Part shown: one piece after another, positions 39,670-49,235 of the stretch
How the letters are laid out: every line of letters starts with the position of its first letter
How positions within the stretch are numbered: the stretch's first letter is position 1
Origin: an uncultured Micavibrio sp.
GTDB lineage: Bacteria > Pseudomonadota > Alphaproteobacteria > Micavibrionales > Micavibrionaceae
Length of the DNA stretch: 64,000 bases
Assembly: GCA_964587815.1 (NCBI GenBank)
Contig: CAZPMH010000001.1
Location: 140,857 to 204,856, forward strand
Direction: 5' to 3'
Made by a program: the position numbers and the translations under genes
Notes under the pieces: model-generated
What the model saw: only the letters and a program-made list of their open reading frames with translations
Told to the model about the DNA's origin: nothing
Database searches by the model: none

Positions 39670-40794
39670 ATGTCACAAGCCAGCTTTTCGTCAGGACTAA
39701 CCTTAGGGATATTGGGCGGTGGTCAGCTTGGTCGCATGAGTGCGGTTGCGGCGGCGCAATTGGGAATATCGGTCGTGATTTTCTGCCCTGAGGATAACAG
39801 CCCCGCGGCGAAGGTCGCCTCTCGACACATCAAGGCTGATTACGATGACGGCGCAGCGCTACAGACATTTAGTGATTGTGTTGATTATATCACCTATGAA
39901 TTTGAGAATATCCCCGTTGAAACAATTGATATTCTTTCGGCGATGAAAGATGGCGGTGTTTTCCCATCACGGAAACTTTTGGATGCGTCGCAGGATCGGA
40001 TTAAAGAAAAGAGTTTTTTGAATAAGCATGGCTTAGACACAGCACGCTGGGCGCGTGTTGAGAGCATTAAAGATATCAAAGATTTCTGTAAAAAGAACGA
40101 TGTTCAAGACTTCATTATTAAAACAGCGCGTTTTGGTTATGACGGTAAAGGGCAGATTTCAGGACAAGCGGAAAATTTAACCGACGATGCAAACCTTTCC
40201 GAGTTTCTTGATGATCGCTCTGACGTATCGTTGATCATTGAAGAGAAAATCAATTTTTCTTCAGAAGTTTCCGTTATTGTGGCGCGCGATTTTGAAGAGA
40301 CATCAAAGAGTTATGGGCCGATGTTAAATCAACATAAGAACCATATTCTTGATACGACGACTTATCCTGCTGGACTGGATGATTCGTTGAATATTGCATC
40401 GCTGGGAATGGCGCAGAAAATTGCGGATGCCGTGAATTTACGTGGTGTGCTGACCGTTGAATTTTTTGTCTGTGAAAGCGGGAAGTTATTGGTGAATGAA
40501 ATTGCTCCGCGCCCGCACAATTCAGGGCATTGGACGATTGATGCCTGTGCCGTCTCACAATTTGAAAATCATGTACGGTGCGTTTGCGGTCTACGCGCCG
40601 CACCCGCGCGGGTTCACAGTGATGCTATCATGCACAATTTGATCGGTAATGACGTGGAAGAGATTTACGCGCACTTACAAGACACTGATGCGGATGATGA
40701 TGCGCATTGTGTTCATCTTTACGGAAAAAAGGTTGTCCGTGAAGGGCGCAAGATGGGGCATGTCACAAATTTATACCCCAAAGGCTCACTGTAG
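39670..40794 (+). CDS. purK: 5-(carboxyamino)imidazole ribonucleotide synthase
   Basis: ATP-grasp protein with the GILGGGQLGRM N-terminus and NEIAPRPHNSGH motif. Follows purE. Confidence 0.9.
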   Translation: MSQASFSSGLTLGILGGGQLGRMSAVAAAQLGISVVIFCPEDNSPAAKVASRHIKADYDDGAALQTFSDCVDYITYEFENIPVETIDILSAMKDGGVFPSRKLLDASQDRIKEKSFLNKHGLDTARWARVESIKDIKDFCKKNDVQDFIIKTARFGYDGKGQISGQAENLTDDANLSEFLDDRSDVSLIIEEKINFSSEVSVIVARDFEETSKSYGPMLNQHKNHILDTTTYPAGLDDSLNIASLGMAQKIADAVNLRGVLTVEFFVCESGKLLVNEIAPRPHNSGHWTIDACAVSQFENHVRCVCGLRAAPARVHSDAIMHNLIGNDVEEIYAHLQDTDADDDAHCVHLYGKKVVREGRKMGHVTNLYPKGSL

Positions 40795-40840
40795 ACTTTC
40801 GGGTTTTTTCATATTTAGATTTTAAGAAGGAGTATTATTC

Positions 40841-42262
40841 ATGACACAATTGGCACAAGCACAGGGCAGCGAGCAAGTTCGCGAAGAGACAGATTCGCTT
40901 GGTGCGGTAGAGGTTCCTGCGCATCGGTATTGGGGCGCACAAACACAACGATCATTGCACAACTTTAAAATTGGTGGCGAGCTAATGCCCGCGCCGCTTG
41001 TTCGTGCTCTTGGTATTCAGAAAAAGGCATCCGCGCTTTCCAATCAGCAATTGGGCGTTTTGGATGACACGCGGGCAAATGCGATTGTTCAAGCTGCTGA
41101 TGAGGTGATTGACGGCACGTTGCAAGATGAATTTCCGCTTGTTGTGTGGCAGACGGGCTCAGGCACGCAAAGCAATATGAATGCGAATGAGGTGATCTCT
41201 AACCGTGCGATTGAAATTCTTGGCGGAGAGCGCGGCAGTAAAACTCCCGTTCATCCGAATGATCATGTGAATATGGGGCAATCATCGAATGATACGTTCC
41301 CGAGCGCGATGCATATTGCGGCGGGGGAGCAGGTGCACCATGCGCTTCTCCCTGCTTTACAGCATCTGCACAACGCTTTGGATGAAAAAGCGAAGGCGTT
41401 TGAAAAGATTGTTAAAATCGGACGCACCCACATGCAGGATGCAACGCCGCTGACCTTGGGGCATGAATTCTCAGGCTATGCCAAGCAGATTGAATATGGC
41501 ATTGAGCGCGTTAAAACATGCTTGCCGCGCCTTATGCAATTGGCGCAAGGCGGCACGGCTGTCGGTACAGGTATTAACTCCAAGGCCGGATTTGCCGAAA
41601 CATTTGCAGAGCATGTTTCCAAAATCACCGATCTTGATTTCGTGACGGCGGAAAATAAGTTTGAAGCCTTGGCGGCGCATGATGCGATGATTGAAATTTC
41701 AGGTGCGCTTAATGTGATTGCGGCCAGTCTAATGAAGATTGCCAATGATTTGCGTCTGCTCGGTTCAGGCCCGCGTTGTGGTATTGGTGAGATCAGCCTG
41801 CCTGCGAATGAGCCCGGTTCATCGATTATGCCCGGTAAGGTAAACCCGACACAGTGTGAAGCTCTTACCATGGTATGCGCGCAGGTGATGGGTAATCACG
41901 TTGCGGTTACGATTTCGGGTTCAAACGGGCATTTTGAATTGAATGTGTTTAAGCCGGTTATGATTTACAACGTGCTTCAGTCGATCCGTCTGATTGCGGA
42001 TGGTTGCAACAGTTTCACCGATAATTGCGTGGTCGGCATTGAAGCAAATGAAGCGCGCATTGATAAGCTGCTGAATGAGAGCTTGATGCTCGTGACGGCA
42101 TTAAACCCGCATATTGGCTATGATAATGCGGCGAAGATTGCGAAAAAGGCGCATCAGGACGGCTCAACTTTGAAAGAGGCTGGCGTTGCGCTTGGCTTGT
42201 TAACCGAAGAGCAGTTCGCGGAGTGGATTAATCCGCTGGATATGATTAAGCCGCGCGATTAA
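40841..42262 (+). CDS. fumC: class II fumarate hydratase
   Basis: [15 protein letters not shown] signature and TDSLG...[10 protein letters not shown]-terminus. Confidence 0.95.
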   Translation: MTQLAQAQGSEQVREETDSLGAVEVPAHRYWGAQTQRSLHNFKIGGELMPAPLVRALGIQKKASALSNQQLGVLDDTRANAIVQAADEVIDGTLQDEFPLVVWQTGSGTQSNMNANEVISNRAIEILGGERGSKTPVHPNDHVNMGQSSNDTFPSAMHIAAGEQVHHALLPALQHLHNALDEKAKAFEKIVKIGRTHMQDATPLTLGHEFSGYAKQIEYGIERVKTCLPRLMQLAQGGTAVGTGINSKAGFAETFAEHVSKITDLDFVTAENKFEALAAHDAMIEISGALNVIAASLMKIANDLRLLGSGPRCGIGEISLPANEPGSSIMPGKVNPTQCEALTMVCAQVMGNHVAVTISGSNGHFELNVFKPVMIYNVLQSIRLIADGCNSFTDNCVVGIEANEARIDKLLNESLMLVTALNPHIGYDNAAKIAKKAHQDGSTLKEAGVALGLLTEEQFAEWINPLDMIKPRD

Positions 42263-42268
42263 TTGTCT

Positions 42269-42505
42269 ATGGACGCAAAGCACATACCCATAAAAAAACG
42301 CTCTGTTCGGATTAAGGGGCATGCGACCAGTGTGACCCTTGAGGAACCGTTTTGGGATGTTTTACGTGAGATTGCCGCGCTGCGCGGGTTGTCGCTGAAT
42401 AAGATGATTGCCGAAATTGATGAAGGGAACCCTGACAACCTTTCGAGTGCGATCAGGGTTTTTATTTTGCGTGATTTACAGGCGCGCCTTGAGAGCGATG
42501 ATTAA
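42269..42505 (+). CDS. ribbon-helix-helix domain protein
   Basis: SVRIKGHATSVTLEEPFWDVLREIAALRGLSLNKMIAEID is an RHH-type beta-strand plus two helices. It directly follows fumC. Confidence 0.65.
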   Translation: MDAKHIPIKKRSVRIKGHATSVTLEEPFWDVLREIAALRGLSLNKMIAEIDEGNPDNLSSAIRVFILRDLQARLESDD

Positions 42506-42538
42506 TGCTTAAGCACGTATCGTGTGCTGTTGCAAAGA

Positions 42539-45500
42539 TTACCTAAAAATATTATCCAGAACGCCTTTAATGGCTTCACCTGCCGCGTCTTCCAGCTCCT
42601 TTTTCGGATCACGCTGACCTGTAGGCTGTCCTTCTTGTGCTTGGTTTGCTGTGCCCTCTCCGCCTTCTGTTGGTGCAGGATCTTTCTTTTTACCGCCGAA
42701 CAGTTTGTCCGTGATCAAATCGTCAAGCTTGCGCTGTAGCTTGTTGTTCAGATATTGGTTTAGCGCGCCTTGGCCAAACGTTTGCCCGGGATTATCGAGA
42801 GAACCGCTGAAGCTCATTTCGAAGGGTGGAATTTCATCGGTGACGCCTTCGATTTTCTTTGCAATCATTTTGTGGTTTGTCGATAGAGTCCATGCAGGCA
42901 GATTCACGATGCCTGTTGTCTCAATGCGTGCGGTGGTGCCGTCGAGAGTCATTTCCTTGATGTCGGCGATGCCATTTTCGATTGTGAAAGAGCCGTTTAA
43001 GGTTTCAAATGCGGTTGTGCCGCCCTGTGTTGAGCCTTTCCACAGCCCTTTGATGGTGTCGCCCGGCTTGCTGTCGTAAGAGAGGGCTTTGACGAATTTG
43101 GTGACATCGACGCCGCCAAGGACGAAATTTTGGCCTGTTACGCTGCCTTTTCCTGACAGATCGTGGATTAGTGCGGCGGGGCTGGCTCCTGTGCTTTTGA
43201 CATTCACGTTGAAATTTCCTGAGCCTGATAATTTTACGAGTCGCGTTCCGACCATGGATGCGGCGACTTTTGCAATATCAACATTGTTGAAGCTGGCATC
43301 ACTTTCGAAGACGATCGGTTGGCGCGGTTTTTCGGATGTTTGAACCTTAATGTTCGTGTTAATTAAGCCGCCGAAAATTGAGGCTTTCACGTCTGAAAGG
43401 TCTAAATTCCCGTTGTTCAGCTTTATCTTCATCGACGGATTGCTGAGCGGCCAATCGCCATAATCTATTTTTGATGCTTTCAGGCTAAGATCAGCATTTA
43501 GTGTGTGGAGGACTGACACGTCGATCGGCTCTTTTGACCATCGCCCGCTTCCCGATGAAGCTGCGCCTGAGCCGCCTGATGACGCACCGCCTTCATTCAT
43601 CACTGACGGAATTGTGATTGTGCCGAAAGTGAGATCGCCGCTTAATGCAGGTACTTTTCCGCCTGTTTTGGCTGTCAGGTTTCCTGTCACGCTCATGCCT
43701 GATAAGTCGCCTTTGACGTCATTGAGTGTATAGGTGTCACCGTTTTGTGAGACTTTAGCGTAAATGTCGATGGGTTTGCGCATATTTGCGCCCTGCAGTT
43801 CTGTACCCGACAGTGTTTTAACCGCTTGCGCCATGTTGGGATGTTTCAGCTGTAGGGCTATGCCATCCAAAGCCATGTTGCCGAGCGGATCATTTACATT
43901 TCCTTTTACGATGACCTCGCCTTTTAGCGCGTTGATGTTCGCTGTTACGTCGAGTTTTGACAGTGTGCCTTTGGTTTGCGCCTTAATCACTGCACTTTTC
44001 AATCCTTCGGGCAAGCCAGATGTATCCATCTCGAATTTTTTCATCACGGCAGGCAGGTTGCCGGCGTTAATTGTGCTGTAGATATCTATATTTGGTGTCG
44101 CGCTTAGGTTTGAAAGCGTTCCTGAAATATCAGCCGATGTTGAAAAAATATTCTGCGCGGAAAATTTGTTGATTTTGAATGAATTCTCACGCGCGCTAAT
44201 GTCTATATTGACGTTGCTGATTGTGTCACCGCCGTATTTCAGGCTATCGATTTTGGCGGTGATATCGGCGTTCATCGGTAATATCAATGACTTCATCATG
44301 GCTTGCGCATCTTTTGCGGATGTTTTTTGTGACGCATTTGATTTTCTGCCTGTACTGCTCGCGCCGCCTGTTGTGAGAGCCATCAGCGCATCGGCATCCA
44401 ATGATTTGGACGTGACATTCATTTTCAGGTTTGAGCGGCTCGCGTTTTCAGGTGTGGTGTATGCACCCGAAAGGTTCAGCGTGTTTCCGGCGATTGTCAG
44501 GGTTGATGGTTTGATTGTGACATTGCTACCCTTCCCCGTGACAACGAAATTTACGCTGCCTTTTGTGTTTGGCTTTATGTCTGCATAGATTTTATTCATA
44601 TCAACGGGCTGCAGCGTTTGTAATGATACGTCATAGCTGAACGGGTCGTAGGACAGTTTCACCGCACCTTTTGCTTTATCGCCGCCGAGGGTGATTTCGA
44701 GGTCGTCATAGCTGAGCTTTTCAGCATCAATTGTGAGCAAACCCTTAGACATAAAAGCGGCCTCCATCGCGGCGTTTTGCTCAATTTCCGCTTGGTTAAT
44801 AATCGCGGCGAGGTTATCAATTTTTGCGCTTAGTTGGCCTTGCGCGGAAAAGCTGTCTGACATATCGAGTGCACCGCTGTAGCTGAGTTCAATGTTTTCA
44901 GGCTTTAAGGTCAGCTTGATATTCGCGGGCAGTATTGAGTTTTCTTGGTCTAATTGTTTTGTTGCAACATCAAAATTGATGGCGTTGCGGTTGTAAAAGA
45001 GTGACCCGCTTGCCGTATATGGACCTGCGGCGAGCGTTTGCGCGCTTAAATCTGTATTGATGTTTTGGATGGTGGTTGTTTGACCGTCGGCGCCTGCGTA
45101 ATTGAATGTTCCGTCCTTAATCGAAATAGAGCCGACGGCGATATCAGGTGATGATGAGCCACCAGAATTTTCGGTTTGGTTTGCCTCGCCCTGCTCTGCT
45201 CCCCCATTCATAAGCGCGTCAATTTCTGCTGTTGCGAAATTGAACTTTCCGTCTTTGTCCGTCGCGATTGAGATGGTTGGTTTGATCAGGGAAATCGACG
45301 AGATATCCACCGCACCTTGCAAAAGCGGCAGCAGGGAAACATTGACATTAAGGGCGCCGAATTGTGCGATTTCTTTGGTTTTTTCTGTGGCGTTCGGGTT
45401 TGTCAGCTTGACCTGCTCCACGGAAAAACGTGGCGATGGGATAACGGCAAAACCAAGATTGCCATTGATCTCGACATCAAGGCCCGTTTGTTTTTTCACC

Positions 45501-45613
45501 TGCTCTACGGCTTGGCTTTTATATTGGTTCCAGTCGATGAAGGACGGAGCAATAAACGCGCCACCGATCAAGACGATGATAATTACAAACAGTATTGAGA
45601 AAAACTTTTTCAC
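42539..45613 (-). CDS. AsmA-family outer-membrane biogenesis / lipid-transport protein
   Basis: 1024 aa. N-terminal anchor (FSILFVIIIVLIGGAFIAPSFIDWNQYK) followed by a long beta-rich repetitive body typical of AsmA/TamB-like proteins. Confidence 0.8.
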   Translation of the reverse strand: MKKFFSILFVIIIVLIGGAFIAPSFIDWNQYKSQAVEQVKKQTGLDVEINGNLGFAVIPSPRFSVEQVKLTNPNATEKTKEIAQFGALNVNVSLLPLLQGAVDISSISLIKPTISIATDKDGKFNFATAEIDALMNGGAEQGEANQTENSGGSSSPDIAVGSISIKDGTFNYAGADGQTTTIQNINTDLSAQTLAAGPYTASGSLFYNRNAINFDVATKQLDQENSILPANIKLTLKPENIELSYSGALDMSDSFSAQGQLSAKIDNLAAIINQAEIEQNAAMEAAFMSKGLLTIDAEKLSYDDLEITLGGDKAKGAVKLSYDPFSYDVSLQTLQPVDMNKIYADIKPNTKGSVNFVVTGKGSNVTIKPSTLTIAGNTLNLSGAYTTPENASRSNLKMNVTSKSLDADALMALTTGGASSTGRKSNASQKTSAKDAQAMMKSLILPMNADITAKIDSLKYGGDTISNVNIDISARENSFKINKFSAQNIFSTSADISGTLSNLSATPNIDIYSTINAGNLPAVMKKFEMDTSGLPEGLKSAVIKAQTKGTLSKLDVTANINALKGEVIVKGNVNDPLGNMALDGIALQLKHPNMAQAVKTLSGTELQGANMRKPIDIYAKVSQNGDTYTLNDVKGDLSGMSVTGNLTAKTGGKVPALSGDLTFGTITIPSVMNEGGASSGGSGAASSGSGRWSKEPIDVSVLHTLNADLSLKASKIDYGDWPLSNPSMKIKLNNGNLDLSDVKASIFGGLINTNIKVQTSEKPRQPIVFESDASFNNVDIAKVAASMVGTRLVKLSGSGNFNVNVKSTGASPAALIHDLSGKGSVTGQNFVLGGVDVTKFVKALSYDSKPGDTIKGLWKGSTQGGTTAFETLNGSFTIENGIADIKEMTLDGTTARIETTGIVNLPAWTLSTNHKMIAKKIEGVTDEIPPFEMSFSGSLDNPGQTFGQGALNQYLNNKLQRKLDDLITDKLFGGKKKDPAPTEGGEGTANQAQEGQPTGQRDPKKELEDAAGEAIKGVLDNIFR

Positions 45614-45743
45614 GCGACATTCTCCAATGATTTTGGACCTGATTTTAAAATATATACGATCATACGCATGGCAAAGTTCAGGAGCAAGGGGAAGAATTTT
45701 AATTTATTTTTCGTCTGATGTGTAAAATGTTGATAATTATTAC

Positions 45744-45772
45744 TTGCTGTTTTTTTATTGCTCGTGTAAATA
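45744..45772 (+). promoter_or_regulatory. candidate sigma-70 promoter for tRNA-Pro (TTGCTG-N17-TAAATA)
   Basis: Hexamers with 17-nt spacing ending 12 nt before the mature tRNA 5' end. Pattern match only. Confidence 0.3.
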
Positions 45773-45784
45773 CCTATCCATGTT

Positions 45785-45861
45785 CGGAGCGTAGCGCAGC
45801 CTGGTAGCGCACCTGTTTTGGGAACAGGGGGTCGCAGGTTCGAATCCTGCCGCTCCGACCA
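45785..45861 (+). tRNA. tRNA-Pro (anticodon TGG)
   Basis: CGGAGCG acceptor / CGCTCCG, anticodon stem CCTGT/ACAGG with loop TTTGGGA, T-loop GGTTCGAATCC, CCA encoded, followed by a T-run. Confidence 0.9.
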
Positions 45862-45932
45862 TTTTTTCTTTGATTTGCTGCATTTTGTTGAAAGCAATCT
45901 TTTTTTATCCTAGCTTTAGGATCTGGGGGCAT

Positions 45933-46508
45933 ATGGCAACCTCTTCACATAAAGAGGCATATAAGACACAGGGCGAAGAATGGTCACGCCTTGCAGTACA
46001 GGCACAATCAGGCGATAAACGTGCTTATTCCACCCTGTTAAATGATATTTACCCTTTTGTGAAAAGTCGTGTAGCGTCGGGTCTTGCGAATCCTGATTGG
46101 ATTGATGATGTTGCACAAGACGTTTTGATCTCCGTTCATAAGTCTTTAGAATCCTATAGCCCTGAACGCCCGTTTCGCCCTTGGCTGATGGCGATTATAC
46201 AGTTCCGCAAAACGGATTTTTTGCGTAAGCATTACAAAAATAAGAAAGTGAAAGAGAACACCTATGAAAAGGTCAATGTTTTTTCCGAAGATGTAACCGA
46301 TTCCCCAAATGCGGGCGAATTAAAAGATATCGAGGCCGCTCTTGTTGATATTCCTGAAAAACAGCGCGAGATATTCTTGCGCATGAAAGTTGAAGGATAT
46401 AGCGCAAAAGAAGTTGCCGAAGAAATGGATATGAGCGTTTCGGCCGTGAAGGTCAGCGCACATCGAACCGCAAACAAACTGAAAGAGACGTTGAACGAGC
46501 ATGAGTGA
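45933..46508 (+). CDS. ECF-type RNA polymerase sigma factor (sigma-70 regions 2 and 4)
   Basis: Region 2 (DDVAQDVLISVHKSLESYSPERPFRPWLMAI) and region 4 HTH (GYSAKEVAEEMDMSVSAVKVSAHR). The ATG at 45933 lies outside the tRNA. Confidence 0.85.
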   Translation: MATSSHKEAYKTQGEEWSRLAVQAQSGDKRAYSTLLNDIYPFVKSRVASGLANPDWIDDVAQDVLISVHKSLESYSPERPFRPWLMAIIQFRKTDFLRKHYKNKKVKENTYEKVNVFSEDVTDSPNAGELKDIEAALVDIPEKQREIFLRMKVEGYSAKEVAEEMDMSVSAVKVSAHRTANKLKETLNEHE

Positions 46509-47151
46509 GGATGCAGACAAATTTAACCCTGATGAGCTGATTAACGAGCTTTCGCAAAAGCTGGAGCCCGTTAAGGTAATGGAACACCCGATTAAGCGCG
46601 CCCTGCCCTGGGTTGCGTTTGTGCTGTTCTATCTCAGTGTTGCGTTGATTTTTTTAGGCATCCGTTCTGATTTCTTAGCGGTGTTGGGCACGCCAATCTA
46701 TATGTTAGAGATGATCATCGTTTTCGCCATGGCATGTTTTGCGGCCTTGTGCTCTATGTGGTTGTGCGTGCCTGATATGCGCGGTGCGAAATGGATGCTG
46801 TCAGTACCGTTTACGTTGTGCGGCGCGTTTTTCACGTGGACGGCGTTGCGAGTTGTTGATGAAGGGTTTTACCTGCCGCAATTCAGCTTCTGCCTTTGCA
46901 CCACTGAGATTATCATCAATGCGATTTTACCCGCCGCGGCACTTTTTTACTTTACGGTAAAAGGCAAGACGACCCGCCCCTATCTGATGGCATTCATGAA
47001 TGTTATGGCCGTCGGGGGTTTCGGTTATGTCGCATCGCGTCTGACTTGCGGGTATGATGACATTATGCACGTTCTGTTTTCCCATGTCGGCCCCTATATT
47101 TTAATGGGCATGGTTTTGGGCATGGTGGGTAAGCGTATTTATCGCTGGTAA
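46501..47151 (+). CDS. nrsF: NrsF-family (DUF1109) membrane anti-sigma factor
   Basis: 8-nt overlap with the sigma gene, six predicted TM segments, and the DELINELSQKLEPV N-terminal motif typical of DUF1109. Confidence 0.7.
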   Translation: MSEDADKFNPDELINELSQKLEPVKVMEHPIKRALPWVAFVLFYLSVALIFLGIRSDFLAVLGTPIYMLEMIIVFAMACFAALCSMWLCVPDMRGAKWMLSVPFTLCGAFFTWTALRVVDEGFYLPQFSFCLCTTEIIINAILPAAALFYFTVKGKTTRPYLMAFMNVMAVGGFGYVASRLTCGYDDIMHVLFSHVGPYILMGMVLGMVGKRIYRW

Positions 47152-47214
47152 CGCGCCTTTAAATATTCTATGACAGACTGATATATATTTTAAACGCCAT
47201 GGAGCATTCTTTTT

Positions 47215-47559
47215 ATGCATGTCAAAATTTACAAGCCAAGCAAGACCGCTATGCAGTCAGGCCGTGGGAAAGGTTCTGACTGGGTTTTGGAGTATGAACT
47301 AACGAGCACTCGAGCGCCTGAACCGCTGATGGGTTGGGTTGCTTCTTCTGATACGCTCAATCAGGTTCAGCTTCGCTTTGACAGCGTGAAAGATGCCGTA
47401 GCGTTTGCCGAAAACAAGGGGTGGAATTACACCGTCCTGCCCGAGCGCACGCGCCGCGTGAAACCACGTAATTACAGCGATAATTTTGTTTACAGGCCAA
47501 CAGAATCGGCAACAGCTGCAGGGAAAGACATAAAGAAGAAGGCCAAGAAAAAGGCTTGA
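47215..47559 (+). CDS. ETC complex I subunit conserved region protein (NDUFS4-like)
   Basis: KIYKPSKTAMQSGRGKGSDWVLEYE...PLMGW..S.DTLNQV.L.F.S...A..FAE..GW.Y matches the NDUFS4/18-kDa family pattern. Confidence 0.85.
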   Translation: MHVKIYKPSKTAMQSGRGKGSDWVLEYELTSTRAPEPLMGWVASSDTLNQVQLRFDSVKDAVAFAENKGWNYTVLPERTRRVKPRNYSDNFVYRPTESATAAGKDIKKKAKKKA

Positions 47560-47594
47560 TTTCGCAGGCGTTTTTTTGCATTTTACACATGAAC

Positions 47595-47671
<77 letters not shown>

Positions 47672-47721
47672 TTTTTTAAATTTTTCGAATTAGATCAAAA
47701 CACGTGCGATATTATAATTAA

Positions 47722-48630
47722 TCATTGGTTGATACTGAATGTCGAAATCATTCGATCAACAGCAGTTGATGTATCAATCTCGTTTTCTTCTGGCATTGCG
47801 CTTATAATCAGAAACATATGCCCTTCAACGGTAAAAGCCCATTGACGCCAGACTACTTTAGAAGCCAATCGACTGAAGTCCTTTTTGTACCAGTAGAGCG
47901 CTTCATCACCTGATATTATTTTTTTTATTTGCATATCATTTAAACTTGGAATTTCAACAGAGCCCATCACTTTGTGGTAATCAATCGCAAAATGATCACG
48001 AACTCTATTATAAAATTCATTTTTATCTTTATTTTCTGGTGCAGAAAAATGCCCAAAATAATAAATATCCATCCCAAAATTCTGCCCTTCTGGAGCATGC
48101 CATATGTATAGTCCTCTGTCTTGCATTCTCCAATTTGGCTCAAGATCGACTGAAAAAAACGATTTTTCATTAGTACCGCAAAATTCGAAATTTTTATTCT
48201 CTTCTTTCCATGTCCACTTAGCCTTCATTTGTTTAGCCATATGGTCAAAAAATTCGCGCCATGTCGGCTCATAAAAATCTGGATATGTATATGCAATGTG
48301 TTGCCTAAGAATATCATCATCACAACCATAAAAGGCGTCAATTCCCATTAGGGTATAACTATGAGACACAAGTCCTTTAAATACTCCGCCTTTGATGCCG
48401 TTATATGTCTGATTTAAAAAGAATTCTGGCTCCATATCGCTATGTATGCCGTCTGTTAATGCACTTTTTGTAAGCCACGGAACCGACGCAGGGGGGCTAT
48501 TCGGTGGCCTTGATGTTTTTTCTTCTGTTTTAATTTGTGAAGTTGTGTCTGAGGCTAGTGCAGGTATATTAAATGCTGCCAATATTACTAAGCAGAAAAA
48601 CAATAACATATAGTAGGCTCTCAAAATCAT
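47722..48630 (-). CDS. hypothetical secreted/membrane-anchored protein (AT-rich orphan)
   Basis: Signal-like N-terminus from the ATG at 48630 (MILRAYYMLLFFCLVILAAFNIPALA), then a Trp/Tyr/Phe-rich body with no recognisable domain. Markedly lower G+C than its flanks. Confidence 0.55.
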   Translation of the reverse strand: MILRAYYMLLFFCLVILAAFNIPALASDTTSQIKTEEKTSRPPNSPPASVPWLTKSALTDGIHSDMEPEFFLNQTYNGIKGGVFKGLVSHSYTLMGIDAFYGCDDDILRQHIAYTYPDFYEPTWREFFDHMAKQMKAKWTWKEENKNFEFCGTNEKSFFSVDLEPNWRMQDRGLYIWHAPEGQNFGMDIYYFGHFSAPENKDKNEFYNRVRDHFAIDYHKVMGSVEIPSLNDMQIKKIISGDEALYWYKKDFSRLASKVVWRQWAFTVEGHMFLIISAMPEENEIDTSTAVDRMISTFSINQ

Positions 48631-48763
48631 ATAGTATTCCGAAATAAAATTTATATTGACGTAACGTACATTTATAACTGAAATTAGTAAATCATATTTC
48701 AAGCTACGGGATCAAAGCGATGACGAAGCTGGTTTAGAAAAAATCAGTAAGCTAAGGCTCTAA

Positions 48764-49135
48764 TCATGCATTATCGACGCGGTGTTTGTTGGCGCTTTCA
48801 ACACGCTTGATCAGCATTTTGACGATGGCCTGAATTGTCGTGTCGGTGTTTTTCAGTTTATCTTCAAACGCGCTGCGTGTGATGACAACAAGATTGCAAT
48901 CTTCGGCAGTTTCCACACTTGCACCGCGTGGCTTGTCGTTTATGAGAGCCATTTCACCGCAAATCTCGCCCATACCTAAAATCGCAAGCTCGACTTTTTT
49001 TCCGTTTCTTTCCTGAAAAACTCTGACTGAGCCTGACTGAATGAGGAAGGCTGCGTAGGCTTCCTCCCCTTCTTTGATAACAACTGTTCCTTTGGGAACA
49101 TAGCGACGTTCTAATATCACACGATCTTTACTCAT
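48764..49135 (-). CDS. stand-alone cyclic-nucleotide-binding (cNMP/CAP-effector) domain protein
   Basis: 123 aa from the ATG at 49135. Phosphate-binding cassette GEMALINDKPRGASV. No DNA-binding or other output domain. Confidence 0.75.
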   Translation of the reverse strand: MSKDRVILERRYVPKGTVVIKEGEEAYAAFLIQSGSVRVFQERNGKKVELAILGMGEICGEMALINDKPRGASVETAEDCNLVVITRSAFEDKLKNTDTTIQAIVKMLIKRVESANKHRVDNA

Positions 49136-49235
49136 ATGATAAGAGTAACGCACGGCGTTTAGGTTTCATACCACGCATGAATGAATGACGCCGAGTTATC
49201 GACAGTTTTCTCGGCTTTTATACCGCGATCAGCGC

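Noticed and set aside
42269-42505. RHH protein as the antitoxin of a toxin-antitoxin pair
   Set aside because: No toxin-sized ORF precedes or follows it. It abuts fumC upstream, and the convergent AsmA gene lies downstream.
45102-45725. 207-aa plus-strand ORF antisense to the 5' part of the AsmA-family gene, and similar antisense ORFs at 42651-44588
   Set aside because: They overlap a continuous 1024-aa AsmA-type ORF. They have no independent motifs, and long antisense frames are expected in repetitive beta-rich genes.
45610-45897. 95-aa minus-strand ORF
   Set aside because: It runs antisense through tRNA-Pro(TGG), with no supporting motif.
47722-49135. cNMP-binding protein plus adjacent orphan as a Pycsar/CBASS-like cyclic-nucleotide defence pair
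   Set aside because: I could recognise no nucleotide cyclase or CD-NTase motifs in either protein. The cNMP protein has no TM or TIR effector part. The two genes differ strongly in G+C and are about 130 nt apart.
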